Notes under the pieces: model-generated
Told to the model about the DNA's origin: nothing
Databases searched by the model: none
The model's input: the letters and a program-made list of their open reading frames with translations, nothing else
DNA from: Alphaproteobacteria bacterium
GTDB lineage: Bacteria > Myxococcota_A > UBA796 > UBA2385
Assembly (NCBI GenBank): GCA_040376505.1
Contig: JBEIQK010000001.1
Span: 1 to 47,587 of the forward strand
Reading direction: 5' to 3'
Length of the DNA stretch: 47,587 nt
Part shown: positions 17,067 through 26,754 of the stretch, piece by piece
How positions within the stretch are numbered: the stretch's first letter is position 1
Layout: each line of letters opens with the position of its first letter
Program-made: the position numbers and the translations under genes

Positions 17067-18106
17067 GCGGCGCCGTTCGGGCCCTGGTGCTGGAGGACTC
17101 GACTCTGGTGCGCCGCCTCTTAGAGGATCAACTCGGCGATGATCCGCAGATGGAGCTGATCATCGCCTCGCCCCGCGGGATCTCCTTGCGCAGTCTTGTG
17201 GTGAGCGAGTGCCCCCATGTGGTGGTGATCGACCCGGCCTGGAATGAAGGCAAGGGCGTGGCCCTCATCCGCGAGCTGACCCAACTGGGCACCTGCGTGG
17301 TGGTGGCCATGTCGCAGGTGCAGGCCAGCTCACCGCTGGCCATCGAGGCCGTGCGGGCCGGCGCCGTCGCACTGGTGCAGCGCCCCACCGCCGACTGTTC
17401 TACCTCCACCTTCACGATGCTGCGCCACTACATCATCTGGTCGGCCCGCCGGGGCGCCCGCGCCATGCCAGCGCCCACCGTGCGCAAGCCACCGAGCCCG
17501 CATGACCTCATTGCGATTGGCGCCTCCACCGGCGGCACCCAGGCGATTGAGGCGGTGCTCGGAGGACTGTCCACCGACCTCCCGCCGGTCGTGATCGTCC
17601 AGCACATGCCCGCCGAGTACACCTGGCGCTTCGCCAACCGCCTCAACGCCGTGGTGGGACTGCCGGTCTGCGAAGCGACCGACGGCGCCGTCCTCGAAGC
17701 CGGCAAGGTCTACATCGCCCCCGGCGAGCGGCACCTGCGCGTGCTCCGCCGCGGGGGAAACCTCACCGCGCTGTGCAGCCCTGGCGACAAGGTGAGCGGT
17801 CACTGCCCCTCGGTCGACGTGCTCTTTGACTCGGTGGCCGCCACCTGCAAGCGGCGCGCGGTGGGCGTGCTGCTCACCGGCATGGGGGCCGATGGCGCCC
17901 GGGGCCTGCTGGCGATGCGGCGGGCAGGGGCCACCACCGCCGCCCAGAATGAACAGACCAGCACCGTCTTTGGCATGCCCAAGGTGGCCATCGAGATGGG
18001 GGCGGCCGACGCCGTCCTGGCCCTGGGCGAGGTCTCGCGCTGGATCAACCAGCGGGCCATCACCCCGGCGCCGCCGGCTTCGAACCCGGCCCTGCGCTCC
18101 GGCTAA
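17063..18106 (+). CDS. cheB: protein-glutamate methylesterase/deamidase CheB (REC + methylesterase)
   Basis: N-terminal receiver (VLEDS ... VVVIDP). C-terminal LIAIGASTGG, VVIVQHMP and LLTGMGADG catalytic-domain motifs. ATGA overlap with cheR. Confidence 0.85.
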   Translation: MSGAVRALVLEDSTLVRRLLEDQLGDDPQMELIIASPRGISLRSLVVSECPHVVVIDPAWNEGKGVALIRELTQLGTCVVVAMSQVQASSPLAIEAVRAGAVALVQRPTADCSTSTFTMLRHYIIWSARRGARAMPAPTVRKPPSPHDLIAIGASTGGTQAIEAVLGGLSTDLPPVVIVQHMPAEYTWRFANRLNAVVGLPVCEATDGAVLEAGKVYIAPGERHLRVLRRGGNLTALCSPGDKVSGHCPSVDVLFDSVAATCKRRAVGVLLTGMGADGARGLLAMRRAGATTAAQNEQTSTVFGMPKVAIEMGAADAVLALGEVSRWINQRAITPAPPASNPALRSG

Positions 18107-19371
18107 AGCCGGATGGGCTCGTCGAGGCGCAGCGAGCGCCAGACCGCGTCGGCCCAGGCGGCGTCGGCCGGATCGACAAAGGTGTTGGTGATCACGGCGC
18201 CCGTGGCCAGTTGGGTGGAGAACATCTGCCCCGAGAAGATCTGCAGGGTGGGGTCGTCGTCGTCGCGGCCCACCTGGGCGATCCCGCTGATTCCGTCGCC
18301 CTCGTGGGTGAGGGCGTGGCCGCTGCGTCGCAGGGCCACCGGTGCGGCCGCCTCGCGGCCATTGAGCACACTCACCCAGAGGCTGCGGCTGCCCTCCTGG
18401 GCGTAGAAGATCGCGGCCCCTTCCCAGCCTTCGTGCATGTTGCCGGGGATCGTGATCCACCAGCCGCCGGGCAGCCGGTGGTGAATCGGCCGGCGCCGGT
18501 AGCCCACCCGAGGCTGCCTCGGCTCGATCTGCGCGCGGTGGCGGACCTCATCGGCGAGGGCACCCTCGGCCTGGATCCAGCCCAGGAGCTCGGCCCACTC
18601 GGCCCAGGGCAGCTCGAGGTTGGGCTCCAGCTCGACGGCCCGGCTGAGCAGGGCGTGGACCTCCACAAGGGTGGCGGCCTCTTCGCGGGCCTGGGGCGCC
18701 CGCCAGCGCACCTCTGTCCACATCAGCGACAGCGCCCGACCGAGGTGGTAGCGGGCGCTGAGCCCGGTGTCGGGCCAGGGAAAGACCTCGGCGGCCCGCA
18801 CCGCCCCCAAGGCCGCCGCGGCCAGCCAGGGCATGGCGCGCGGGCCAAAGGGGGTGGCCACCACGCCCTCGTGCAAGAAGCGCACATGATCGGGAAGCAG
18901 CACCTGGCCGGGCTGCCCGGTCTGGGTCAGCTCGTCCAAGGCCGCGCGGGCCTCGCGCTGCAGCACCTCCTTGGCCCGCTCGCTCGCCCCCAAGGGGTCG
19001 ATCCGCAGCGGCTCATCGAAGGAGAGCCCGATGCGCGCGGCCAGATCGAGCAGCTCGCGGGTGAGGAAGTCGCCAAAGCCCGGCCCCACCCGCGAGGGCT
19101 CGCCCAGGATGCGCAGGGTCTGCTCGTCTTCGGCCACCACCGTGAGACCGAGGTCGAGGGGGTGCAGGCGCAGCAGCAGCTCGGGCGGGCGCCCCGGCGG
19201 CAACCGGCGGCTGCAGCCCACCAGCAGGCCGCTGCACCGCCGCCGAAAGTGCTGCTCGACCGCGGTGAGCAGGTTCATCGGGCTGCCCGCCTCGTAGCTG
19301 CCGACAAGACGGCCCCGGAGCAGGTGCTCGGCGGGGGCGCGCTCGGCCAGGGGCTGCGGGTTCGGGCTCAT
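18103..19371 (-). CDS. hypothetical protein (no recognisable domain)
   Basis: This is the 3' 422 codons of the 1525-aa minus ORF, from ATG 19371 (alternative ATG 19278). Amino-acid composition is balanced and GC3 is high. The remainder of that ORF is the antisense shadow of the amidohydrolase gene. Confidence 0.5.
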   Translation of the reverse strand: MSPNPQPLAERAPAEHLLRGRLVGSYEAGSPMNLLTAVEQHFRRRCSGLLVGCSRRLPPGRPPELLLRLHPLDLGLTVVAEDEQTLRILGEPSRVGPGFGDFLTRELLDLAARIGLSFDEPLRIDPLGASERAKEVLQREARAALDELTQTGQPGQVLLPDHVRFLHEGVVATPFGPRAMPWLAAAALGAVRAAEVFPWPDTGLSARYHLGRALSLMWTEVRWRAPQAREEAATLVEVHALLSRAVELEPNLELPWAEWAELLGWIQAEGALADEVRHRAQIEPRQPRVGYRRRPIHHRLPGGWWITIPGNMHEGWEGAAIFYAQEGSRSLWVSVLNGREAAAPVALRRSGHALTHEGDGISGIAQVGRDDDDPTLQIFSGQMFSTQLATGAVITNTFVDPADAAWADAVWRSLRLDEPIRL

Positions 19372-19413
19372 CGACGGGCCCCTAGCACGCCCCTCCAAGA
19401 CCGGCCCGCGCCG

Positions 19414-22400
19414 ATGGAGTACACTGCCGCGGCCCGCCAGGAGCTCCGGTTGCCCTCCGCCCTTCTGACCCTCGTTTGCGCCCTCGCCCTCGCCGATGAC
19501 AAGCCTCCCGCCTGGGATGTCAACGTCGCGCACGGCCCCACCCACACGGTCGACCTCGACCTGCGGGAGGGCACCTGGATGTCGGTCTCGGCCCACGACG
19601 GCCGCATCCTCTTCGATCTCCTCGGCGATCTGTGGAGCATTCCCGCGGCCGGCGGCGAGGCCACCCGCCTCACCAGCGGCCCCGCCTGGGACTCCGAGCC
19701 CCGCTTCAGCCCCGACGGCCGCGAGATCGCCTTCGTCAGCGATCGCGGCGGCAATGAGCAGCTTTGGGTGATGGCCGCCGACGGCAGCGGCGCCGTCGCC
19801 TGGACCCATGAGGAGGAGGCCCGCGTGACCGATCCGGTCTGGGACCCCTCGGGCAATTACCTGATCGGCCGGCGGCGCACCGTCGACACGCGCAGCATCG
19901 GCGTCACCGAGCTGTGGCTCTACCACCGCCAGGGCGGCAAGGGCGTGGCCCTCACCCAGCTCGACGACAGCCCCCACGCCGGCGAGGCCGCGATCGCCGG
20001 GCCCTATGTCTACTACTCGCACCGCTACGGCCGCTTCAACTACGACGAGAACCCGGTCGGCGGACTGTGGAGCATCCAGCGCCTCGACCGCCGCGACGGC
20101 AGCACCCAGACGGTCGTCTCCGGCGCCGGCAGCGCCGTGCGGCCCCTGCCCAGCCCCGACGGCACGCAGCTCCTCTTTGTCTCCCGCGACCGCGACAAGA
20201 CCCTGCTGGAGTCCCTCGATCTGGCCACCGGCCGCCGGCGCCTGCTGGCAGACTGGCTCGACCACGACCAGATGGAGGGCTTCGCCCTGCACGGCGTCTA
20301 CCCGTCGATGGACTGGAGCGACGACGGCAAGTCCGTGATCCTCTGGGCCAAGGGCAAGCTCTGGCGGCTCGGCCTCGACGGCAGCCGGGCCGAGCTGCCC
20401 TTTCACGCCAAGGGGAGCTGGACCCTGCACGATGTGCCGCGCCCGGCCTCCCGGATCAGCGATGAGGTGCTGGCGCGCGTGATCCGCTGGCCCACGGCGG
20501 GCGCCAAGGGTGAGGTGATCTTCTCGGCCCAGGGGGCCCTTTGGCAGCGCGACCCCGACGGCCTCGTGCGCCGCCTCTCGCCGGGGTCTGGCTACGCGCC
20601 GGCCCTCAACCCCGACGGCAAGCGCCTCGCCTACACCTCCTGGACCGACTGTCCATCCGAGCCCAAGGGCCCCTGCGGCGGCGCCCTGCACATCCTCACC
20701 GGCACCAAGGTGGAGACCCTGCCGATCACCGGCCAGCTCGTCAACCCCGCCTGGAGCCCCGACGGCGGCGAGCTGGTGGTGCTGCGCGGCGTCGGCGGCG
20801 GCACCAGCCCTGATCTCATCGCCGAGTCCTCCTTTGAGATCGTCTACCTGAAGAAGGAGGGCCGCACCTGGAGCAGCAAGGTGGTCACCACCCTGCCCAA
20901 TCGCGGCCCGCGGGCCCCCCAGCTCCGCTTGAAGGGCGGCCGGGTCTTCTACCTCGTCGACCGCCCCGGCGAGCCCCACGGCCCCACCTCCACCGTCTAC
21001 GCCTCGATCAAGCTCGACGGCACCGACCCCCGCGACCACCTGAAGGTGGGCGGCGCCCAGCAGATCGTCCCCAGCCCCGACTTCACGAAGGTCGCCTGGA
21101 AGGATGGCCACAACGTCTTTGTTGGCGCCATGCCCCCCTGGCCCTCGGCCACCGTCAACGTGCTCGAAGACCTGCCCCACCGCAAGCTCACCACGGTGGT
21201 GGGCGACTGGATGAGCTGGTCGCCCGACAGCCGCACGCTGGCCTGGGCCCGCGGCCCGGTGATCGAGCAGCTCATCATCGACAGCCTGGAAGAGCCCAAG
21301 GTGCCGGCGGAGCCCACCCGCCTGCCGGTGGAGCTCCGCCAGCTCCGCGAGCGGCCCCGGGGAACCCTCGCGCTCACCCACGCCACGGTTCTGTCGATGA
21401 AGGGCGATGAGGTGATTGACGACGCCACCGTGGTGATCGAGCGCGACCGCATCACCGCCGTCACCCCCGGCGGCGCCCCGCCGGCCGGCGCCACCGTGAT
21501 CGACGCCCGCGGCAAGTATGTGATGCCGGGCCTGATCGACGTCCACGCCCACCTCCACTACACCGCCGGCGACGTCTTCCCCGAGCAGGAGTGGCGCTAC
21601 CTGACGTCGCTGGACTTTGGCGTGACCACCGTTCACGACCCCTCGGCCGCCACCGACCTCGTCTTCACCCAGGCCGAGCGGGTGGAGGTGGGCGTGGAGA
21701 CCGGGCCGCGGGTGCTCTCGACCGGCTTTGTGCTCTATGGCGCCCTCGACAATGACAACGCCAAAACCCCCGACGAGGCCGCCGCCAAGGCCCATGTCGA
21801 GCGGCTCAAGCTCGTCGGCGCCAGCAGCGTGAAGGTCTACCAGCAGAGCCGCCGCGACCAGCGTCAGTGGTACATCAACGCCTGCAACACCCAGCAGGTG
21901 CTCTGCGTGGCCGAGGGCGGCGGTGATCTGTTCATGAACCTTGGCATGGTGGCCGACGGCATGCACGCCATCGAGCACGCCCTGCCGATCGCCCCGCTCT
22001 ACGCCGATGTGCGCGGCTTCATGGCCGGCAGTCGCACGCCCAGCACGGCGGGCAGCGCCTACACGCCGACCCTGCTGGTCGCCTATGGCGGCCTGTCCGG
22101 CGAGAGCTGGTTCTTCCAGCACGAAAACCCGGTGAACGACGCCCGCCTGCTGCGCCACCACCCCCGCCGAGAGCTGGACGCCCGGAGCTGGCGCGTGTCG
22201 ATGATGGCCCAGGACAGCGACTGGAACCACCAGAAGGTGGCCCAGGAGGCCGCCGCGATGAGCCGCCAGGGCCTGCTGGTGACGCTCGGCGCCCATGGCC
22301 AGCTTCAGGGGCTCGGCGTTCACTGGGAGCTGGCCGCCCTGGCTGGCCCGGGGGCGATGACGCCGATGGAGGCGCTGCGGGCCGGCACGATCAACGGCGC

Positions 22401-22548
22401 CCGCTACCTCGGGCTGGAGCAGGACCTGGGCTCGGTCGAGGCCGGCAAGCTGGCCGACCTCATCGTGCTCGACGCCGATCCCCGCGCCGATATCAAAAAC
22501 AGTCGGGCCATCCACCTCGTGGTGAAGAATGGCGAGGTCTACCGGTAG
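19414..22548 (+). CDS. TolB-like beta-propeller / amidohydrolase-family fusion protein (secreted)
   Basis: ATG at 19414 (MEYTAAARQELRLPSALLTLVCALALA signal). Repeated FSPDGxxxAF/SPDG propeller motifs. C-terminal metal-dependent hydrolase motifs PGLIDVHAHL and GADPRADI ... VVKNG. Confidence 0.8.
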   Translation: MEYTAAARQELRLPSALLTLVCALALADDKPPAWDVNVAHGPTHTVDLDLREGTWMSVSAHDGRILFDLLGDLWSIPAAGGEATRLTSGPAWDSEPRFSPDGREIAFVSDRGGNEQLWVMAADGSGAVAWTHEEEARVTDPVWDPSGNYLIGRRRTVDTRSIGVTELWLYHRQGGKGVALTQLDDSPHAGEAAIAGPYVYYSHRYGRFNYDENPVGGLWSIQRLDRRDGSTQTVVSGAGSAVRPLPSPDGTQLLFVSRDRDKTLLESLDLATGRRRLLADWLDHDQMEGFALHGVYPSMDWSDDGKSVILWAKGKLWRLGLDGSRAELPFHAKGSWTLHDVPRPASRISDEVLARVIRWPTAGAKGEVIFSAQGALWQRDPDGLVRRLSPGSGYAPALNPDGKRLAYTSWTDCPSEPKGPCGGALHILTGTKVETLPITGQLVNPAWSPDGGELVVLRGVGGGTSPDLIAESSFEIVYLKKEGRTWSSKVVTTLPNRGPRAPQLRLKGGRVFYLVDRPGEPHGPTSTVYASIKLDGTDPRDHLKVGGAQQIVPSPDFTKVAWKDGHNVFVGAMPPWPSATVNVLEDLPHRKLTTVVGDWMSWSPDSRTLAWARGPVIEQLIIDSLEEPKVPAEPTRLPVELRQLRERPRGTLALTHATVLSMKGDEVIDDATVVIERDRITAVTPGGAPPAGATVIDARGKYVMPGLIDVHAHLHYTAGDVFPEQEWRYLTSLDFGVTTVHDPSAATDLVFTQAERVEVGVETGPRVLSTGFVLYGALDNDNAKTPDEAAAKAHVERLKLVGASSVKVYQQSRRDQRQWYINACNTQQVLCVAEGGGDLFMNLGMVADGMHAIEHALPIAPLYADVRGFMAGSRTPSTAGSAYTPTLLVAYGGLSGESWFFQHENPVNDARLLRHHPRRELDARSWRVSMMAQDSDWNHQKVAQEAAAMSRQGLLVTLGAHGQLQGLGVHWELAALAGPGAMTPMEALRAGTINGARYLGLEQDLGSVEAGKLADLIVLDADPRADIKNSRAIHLVVKNGEVYR

Positions 22549-22570
22549 GCGGGCTGGCGGCGGCGCGACG

Positions 22571-23179
22571 ATGGCCCGCTCTTCCAAGAGCAGCACCCTG
22601 CGCTCGCTCCTGCAAGGGGCCCGGGAGCGCATCGTGCTGCTCAACACCGGCGTGGCGGCCCTGTGGTTTGTCGAGCTCACCGACTGGATCTACTTTGGCG
22701 GCGGCCTCGATCAGTACGGAATTGAGCCCCGCACTGCCAGCGGTCTGGTGGGGGTGCTCTTCGCCCCCTTCCTGCACGGAAACGCCCCCCACCTCGTCGG
22801 AAACACGCTGTCGTTCTGGGTGCTCGGCTTTCTGTGTACCCAGCGACAGATCGGCGACTTCTGGAGCGTGGCCCTCACCTCGGCGGCGACGGCCGGGCTG
22901 GGCGCCTGGGCCTTTGGCAAGCCCGAGAGCATTCACATCGGCGTCTCGGGGGTCTGTTTTGGTTTCTTAGGCTTCTTGATGGGCCGCGGCTTCTTCGAGC
23001 GCCGCGTGGCCCCGATCCTGCTCTCACTCACCGTGATCCTGCTGTTCGGCGGCATGATGGTGACCGTGCTGCCCACCGCCGCCGACCAGGGCATCTCCTG
23101 GGAGAGCCACCTCTTCGGCTGGCTGGGCGGGCTGCTGGTGGCCTGGGTGGTGGGCCACCAGCTCAAGGCCCGCCGCTAG
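22571..23179 (+). CDS. rhomboid-family intramembrane serine protease
   Basis: ATG at 22571 lies after the upstream stop. HLVGNTLSFWVLG, catalytic GVSGVCFGFLG (GxSG) and HLFGWLGGLL (His) motifs. About six hydrophobic helices. Confidence 0.75.
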   Translation: MARSSKSSTLRSLLQGARERIVLLNTGVAALWFVELTDWIYFGGGLDQYGIEPRTASGLVGVLFAPFLHGNAPHLVGNTLSFWVLGFLCTQRQIGDFWSVALTSAATAGLGAWAFGKPESIHIGVSGVCFGFLGFLMGRGFFERRVAPILLSLTVILLFGGMMVTVLPTAADQGISWESHLFGWLGGLLVAWVVGHQLKARR

Positions 23180-23182
23180 GCC

Positions 23183-24283
23183 TCAGCCGTGCTTCGCCTC
23201 GAAGGCGCGCATGAAGTCGACCAGGAAGTCCACGCTCTCGATCTCAAGCGCGTTGTACATGCTGGCGCGCACGCCGCCCACGCTGCGGTGCCCGTCGAGC
23301 CCGACCATGTTGGCAGCCTTGGCCTCGGTGAGAAAGCGCTTCTCCAGCTCTTCGCTGGGCAGGCGCCAGGTCACGTTCATCTGGCTGCGGCTGGCCACCT
23401 CGGCATGGGGGCGCCAGAAGGCGCTGCGATCGAGCTCGGCGTAGAGGCGATCGGCCTTGTCGGTGTTGCGCGCCGCGATGGCCGAAAGGCCGCCCAGCGA
23501 CTCCACCCAGGCGATCATCCGATCGAGGGCGAAGATGCCGAAGGTATTGGGCGTGTTGTACAGAGAGCCGTTCTCGCTCTGCAGGGCGTAGTCGAGCATC
23601 GCCGGCAGCCCGCCGGGGCGGGTGGCGTTGGCGAGGCGGCTGCGCTCCAGGGCCCAGGGCGAGAGGATCACCACGGTGACCCCGCTGGGGCCAAGGTTCT
23701 TCTGGGCGCCGGCGTAGATCAGGGCGTGGGCGCCCACATCGACCGGGCGGCTGGCGATGTCGCTCGACAGATCGGCGATGAGGGGCTTGTCGACCTTGGG
23801 CGTGCCCTGGAACTGGGTGCCGTAGATCGTGTTGTTGCTGGTGTAGTGCAGGTAGACCGACTCGGCCCGCGGCGTGATGGCATCCAAGGCCGGCACGGCG
23901 TTGAAGTTGGTGGCCTTGCTGCTCCACACGCTGGCGGCGGCGGTGCAGCGCTTGGCCTCTTCATAGGCCTTCTTGGCCCAGGTGCCGGTGATGACGTAGT
24001 CGGTGGCCTCGCCGGGCAGGGCGAGGTTCAGGGCGTGCATGTAGAACTGCAGGCTGGCGCCGCCCTGCAGGAAGAGGATCTTGTAGTCATCGGGCACGCC
24101 GAGCACCCGGCGCAGGCCGGCCACCGCCGAGTTGACGATGGCCTCGAAGGGCTTGCTGCGGTGGCTCATCTCCATCAGGCCGATGCCGAGCCCCTGGTAG
24201 TCGGGCAGGGCGGCGGCGAGCTCCTGCACCACCGAGAGGGGCAGGACGGCAGGACCGGCGTTGAAGTTGTGAACGCGGCTCAT
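23183..24283 (-). CDS. serC: 3-phosphoserine/phosphohydroxythreonine aminotransferase SerC
   Basis: MSRVHNFNAGPAVLP N-terminus, GAQKNLGPSG (PLP Lys region), about 366 aa. Precedes nothing and follows serA on the same strand. Confidence 0.9.
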   Translation of the reverse strand: MSRVHNFNAGPAVLPLSVVQELAAALPDYQGLGIGLMEMSHRSKPFEAIVNSAVAGLRRVLGVPDDYKILFLQGGASLQFYMHALNLALPGEATDYVITGTWAKKAYEEAKRCTAAASVWSSKATNFNAVPALDAITPRAESVYLHYTSNNTIYGTQFQGTPKVDKPLIADLSSDIASRPVDVGAHALIYAGAQKNLGPSGVTVVILSPWALERSRLANATRPGGLPAMLDYALQSENGSLYNTPNTFGIFALDRMIAWVESLGGLSAIAARNTDKADRLYAELDRSAFWRPHAEVASRSQMNVTWRLPSEELEKRFLTEAKAANMVGLDGHRSVGGVRASMYNALEIESVDFLVDFMRAFEAKHG

Positions 24284-25491
24284 CGGGCAGACTCCAAGGC
24301 GACGAGGGTGGCAGAGAAGATGTCCGCGTGGGCGCGGATCTGTTCAAGATGTTCGGGGGCGGGCGCCCGGTCGAGCTGAATACGGGCGCTGGCGGCGGCG
24401 GCACCCTTGAAGATGATGTTCTCCATCTCCTGCACCGACACCCCGGCCTCGCGCAGGGTGCCGAGCACGCTGGCCAGCACGCCGACGCGATCGGCGTGGC
24501 GCACCACGAGGAGGTGGGTGGCCGGCGGGGCGCTCTCGAGGTTCACCACATTGAGCACATTGCCCGACTGGACGTAGCCCTCGATGATGCGCACCACCTC
24601 GTCGGCGACGGCGTCGGAGGCCTGATCGGTGCTGGCGCCGATGTGGTGGGTGCCGTAGAGCCCGGCCTCGTCGAGGATGGCGCTGTCGAAGGCGCCGTCC
24701 TTGGCCGGCTCGTTCTGGAAGACGTCGAGGCCGGCCCGCAGGCCGCGGGTGGCCATCAGCTCGCGCAGGGCGGCCTCATCCACCACATCGCCGCGCGAGG
24801 TGTTGAGCACAAAGGCGCCCGGCCGCAAGGCTTCGAGCAGCTCGCGGCTGACGAGGCCCTTGGTGCCGGCGTTGCTGGCGACGTGGATGGTGAGCGCGTC
24901 GGCCCCCTTGCAGGCCTCGCGCGGGGTGGCGCACCAGGTGACCCCCATCGCCTCGGCGGCCTCCCGGCTGAGCGAGCGGCTCCAGGCCCGCACCACCATG
25001 CCAAAGGCCTGGGCCCGGCTGATCACGGCCTTGCCGATGTCGCCCGTGCCGAGCACCGCGAGGGTGCGGCCGTACAGGCCGCGGGCCTTGCTGAACTCGC
25101 TCTTCTTCCATGCGTGCGCCCGCAGGGCGATCACATTGTCGGGGATGCGCCGATCGAGGCTGATCAGCAGGCCCAGCGTGAGCTCGGCGACGGCGATCGC
25201 GTTTTTGCCTGGACAGTTGGCCACATAGATGCCGCGCTCGCTGGCCAGCTTGACGTCGATGGTGTCGACGCCCGCCCCGGCGCGGATGACCAGGGAGAGG
25301 TCGGGGGCGGCGAGGAGCTGCTCTTTGGCCAGCTTGGTGGAGCGCACCACCACGACCTGCGGGTTGATGGCGGCGAGGCGGGCGGTGAGGGCCTCGCCCT
25401 TGATGCCGATCTCCTCGGTGACCGCGCAGCCCGCAGCCTCCAGGCGTTCGACGATGGTGCTTGCAAGCTTGTCTACGAGCAGGACGCGCAT
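24280..25491 (-). CDS. serA: D-3-phosphoglycerate dehydrogenase SerA (with C-terminal ACT domain)
   Basis: Internal ATG at 25491 (MRVLLVDKL). NAD motif GTGDIGKAV, 2-hydroxyacid dehydrogenase catalytic region (SRG ... HIGAST) and an ACT-like tail. 4-nt overlap with serC. Confidence 0.9.
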   Translation of the reverse strand: MRVLLVDKLASTIVERLEAAGCAVTEEIGIKGEALTARLAAINPQVVVVRSTKLAKEQLLAAPDLSLVIRAGAGVDTIDVKLASERGIYVANCPGKNAIAVAELTLGLLISLDRRIPDNVIALRAHAWKKSEFSKARGLYGRTLAVLGTGDIGKAVISRAQAFGMVVRAWSRSLSREAAEAMGVTWCATPREACKGADALTIHVASNAGTKGLVSRELLEALRPGAFVLNTSRGDVVDEAALRELMATRGLRAGLDVFQNEPAKDGAFDSAILDEAGLYGTHHIGASTDQASDAVADEVVRIIEGYVQSGNVLNVVNLESAPPATHLLVVRHADRVGVLASVLGTLREAGVSVQEMENIIFKGAAAASARIQLDRAPAPEHLEQIRAHADIFSATLVALESAR

Positions 25492-25587
25492 CCGATCCTC
25501 CGGTGGCGCCCCCCTTATCTCGTACAAGCGCGCTCAAGGAGGGCGCGCAGGCTGCCGATGAGCGCGACAGGTGCACAAGGAGGCCGC

Positions 25588-26727
25588 ATGGCCCGCGTTT
25601 TGGTCATTGATGACGAACTGCTCGTGCGAAGGAGCTATGAGCGGGTGCTCCGCCGCGATGGCCATGACGTCGTGCTCGCTGCCCACGGCCACGAAGGCCT
25701 GCGGATCGCCAGCGAACGCAGCTTCGACCTCACCATCGTCGACTTCCAGATGCCGATCCTCGATGGGGTGGAGGTGCTGCAGCGCATGCGCGAGATGCAG
25801 CCGGCCTGCATCCGCATCCTGGCCACCGCGCACCTGGAGCTCAACGCGATCGTCGGCGCCGTCAATCGCGGCGAGGTCAGCCGGGTGATCGAAAAGCCGA
25901 TCGACTCGCGCGGGCTCATCACCGAGGTCAACGCCGTGCTCGACAGCCGCCGCCGCCTCGCCGAGGCCGCCCGCGTGCAGGACGAGGAGCAGGCCCGCGC
26001 CCAGCGCCTCGCCCTGGAGTGCCTGATCCGCGACGACCACCTGCGCCTCGCCTTGCAGCCGATCGTCTCGGCCCAGACCAGCGAGATCTTCGCCTACGAG
26101 AGCCTGATGCGCAGCAGCTTGCCGGCCCTGCCCCACCCGGGCGCCGTCCTGGCCGCCGCCGAGCAACACGGCTTTCTGGAGGCCGTCTCCGAGGTGGTGG
26201 TCAAGCGGGCCGCCGCCTGGCTCGAGCAGATGCCAAGCGGCCCCCTGCTCTTCATCAACCTGCACCCCGACGAGCTCTCCGACGCCGAGGGCATTGAAAG
26301 GCGCCTTAAGCGCCTCGCCCCCTGGGCCGATCGGGTGGTGCTGGAGATCACCGAGCGCAGCCGCCTGCAGAGCATCCACCGCTGGGAAGAGGCGGTCAAG
26401 CGCATCACCGACGCCGGCTTCGCCATCGCCGTCGACGATCTGGGCGCTGGCTACAGCTCGCTGTCGGTGCTGGCCGAGCTGCAGCCCTCCTTCGTCAAGG
26501 TCGACATGAGCATCGTGCGCAATGTCCACGCCGACCCCCGCAAGCGGCGCCTCGTCGACCTGCTCTGCCGCTTCGCCGACGCCACCGGCGCCCGGCTCGT
26601 CGCCGAGGGCGTGGAGACCGCCGACGAGGCCGAGGCCCTGCGTCAGTGCGGCGCCCACCTGCTCCAGGGCTACTTCTTTGGCCGGCCCACCGTGACCCCC
26701 GACCTGGGCCTGCGCATCGCAAGCTGA
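25588..26727 (+). CDS. response regulator with EAL (c-di-GMP phosphodiesterase) output domain
   Basis: AAGGAGG at 25577-25583, then ATG at 25588. Receiver residues: VIDDE, IVDFQMP, ILATA, EKP. EAL-domain residues: YESLMR, INLHP, LEITER, VDDLGAGYSSL, KVD, EGVE, QGYFFGRP. Confidence 0.85.
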   Translation: MARVLVIDDELLVRRSYERVLRRDGHDVVLAAHGHEGLRIASERSFDLTIVDFQMPILDGVEVLQRMREMQPACIRILATAHLELNAIVGAVNRGEVSRVIEKPIDSRGLITEVNAVLDSRRRLAEAARVQDEEQARAQRLALECLIRDDHLRLALQPIVSAQTSEIFAYESLMRSSLPALPHPGAVLAAAEQHGFLEAVSEVVVKRAAAWLEQMPSGPLLFINLHPDELSDAEGIERRLKRLAPWADRVVLEITERSRLQSIHRWEEAVKRITDAGFAIAVDDLGAGYSSLSVLAELQPSFVKVDMSIVRNVHADPRKRRLVDLLCRFADATGARLVAEGVETADEAEALRQCGAHLLQGYFFGRPTVTPDLGLRIAS

Positions 26728-26754
26728 ACCGCCGGACTGTCCACGAGGAAAGAC

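Noticed and set aside
14238-18460. Minus-strand ORFs 14238..15875, 15924..16988 and 17330..18460
   Set aside because: They are antisense to cheA, cheW/cheR and cheB, all of which have clear family motifs on the plus strand.
18211-22680. 1445-aa plus ORF and 1525-aa minus ORF spanning the same 4.4 kb
   Set aside because: Only 19414..22548 (+) and 18103..19371 (-) have protein-like composition and motifs. The remaining parts of each ORF are mutual antisense shadows.
23189-25587. Plus-strand ORFs 23189..24379 and the 5' 420 codons of 24328..26727
   Set aside because: They are antisense to serC and serA. The real plus-strand gene begins at ATG 25588 behind an AAGGAGG.
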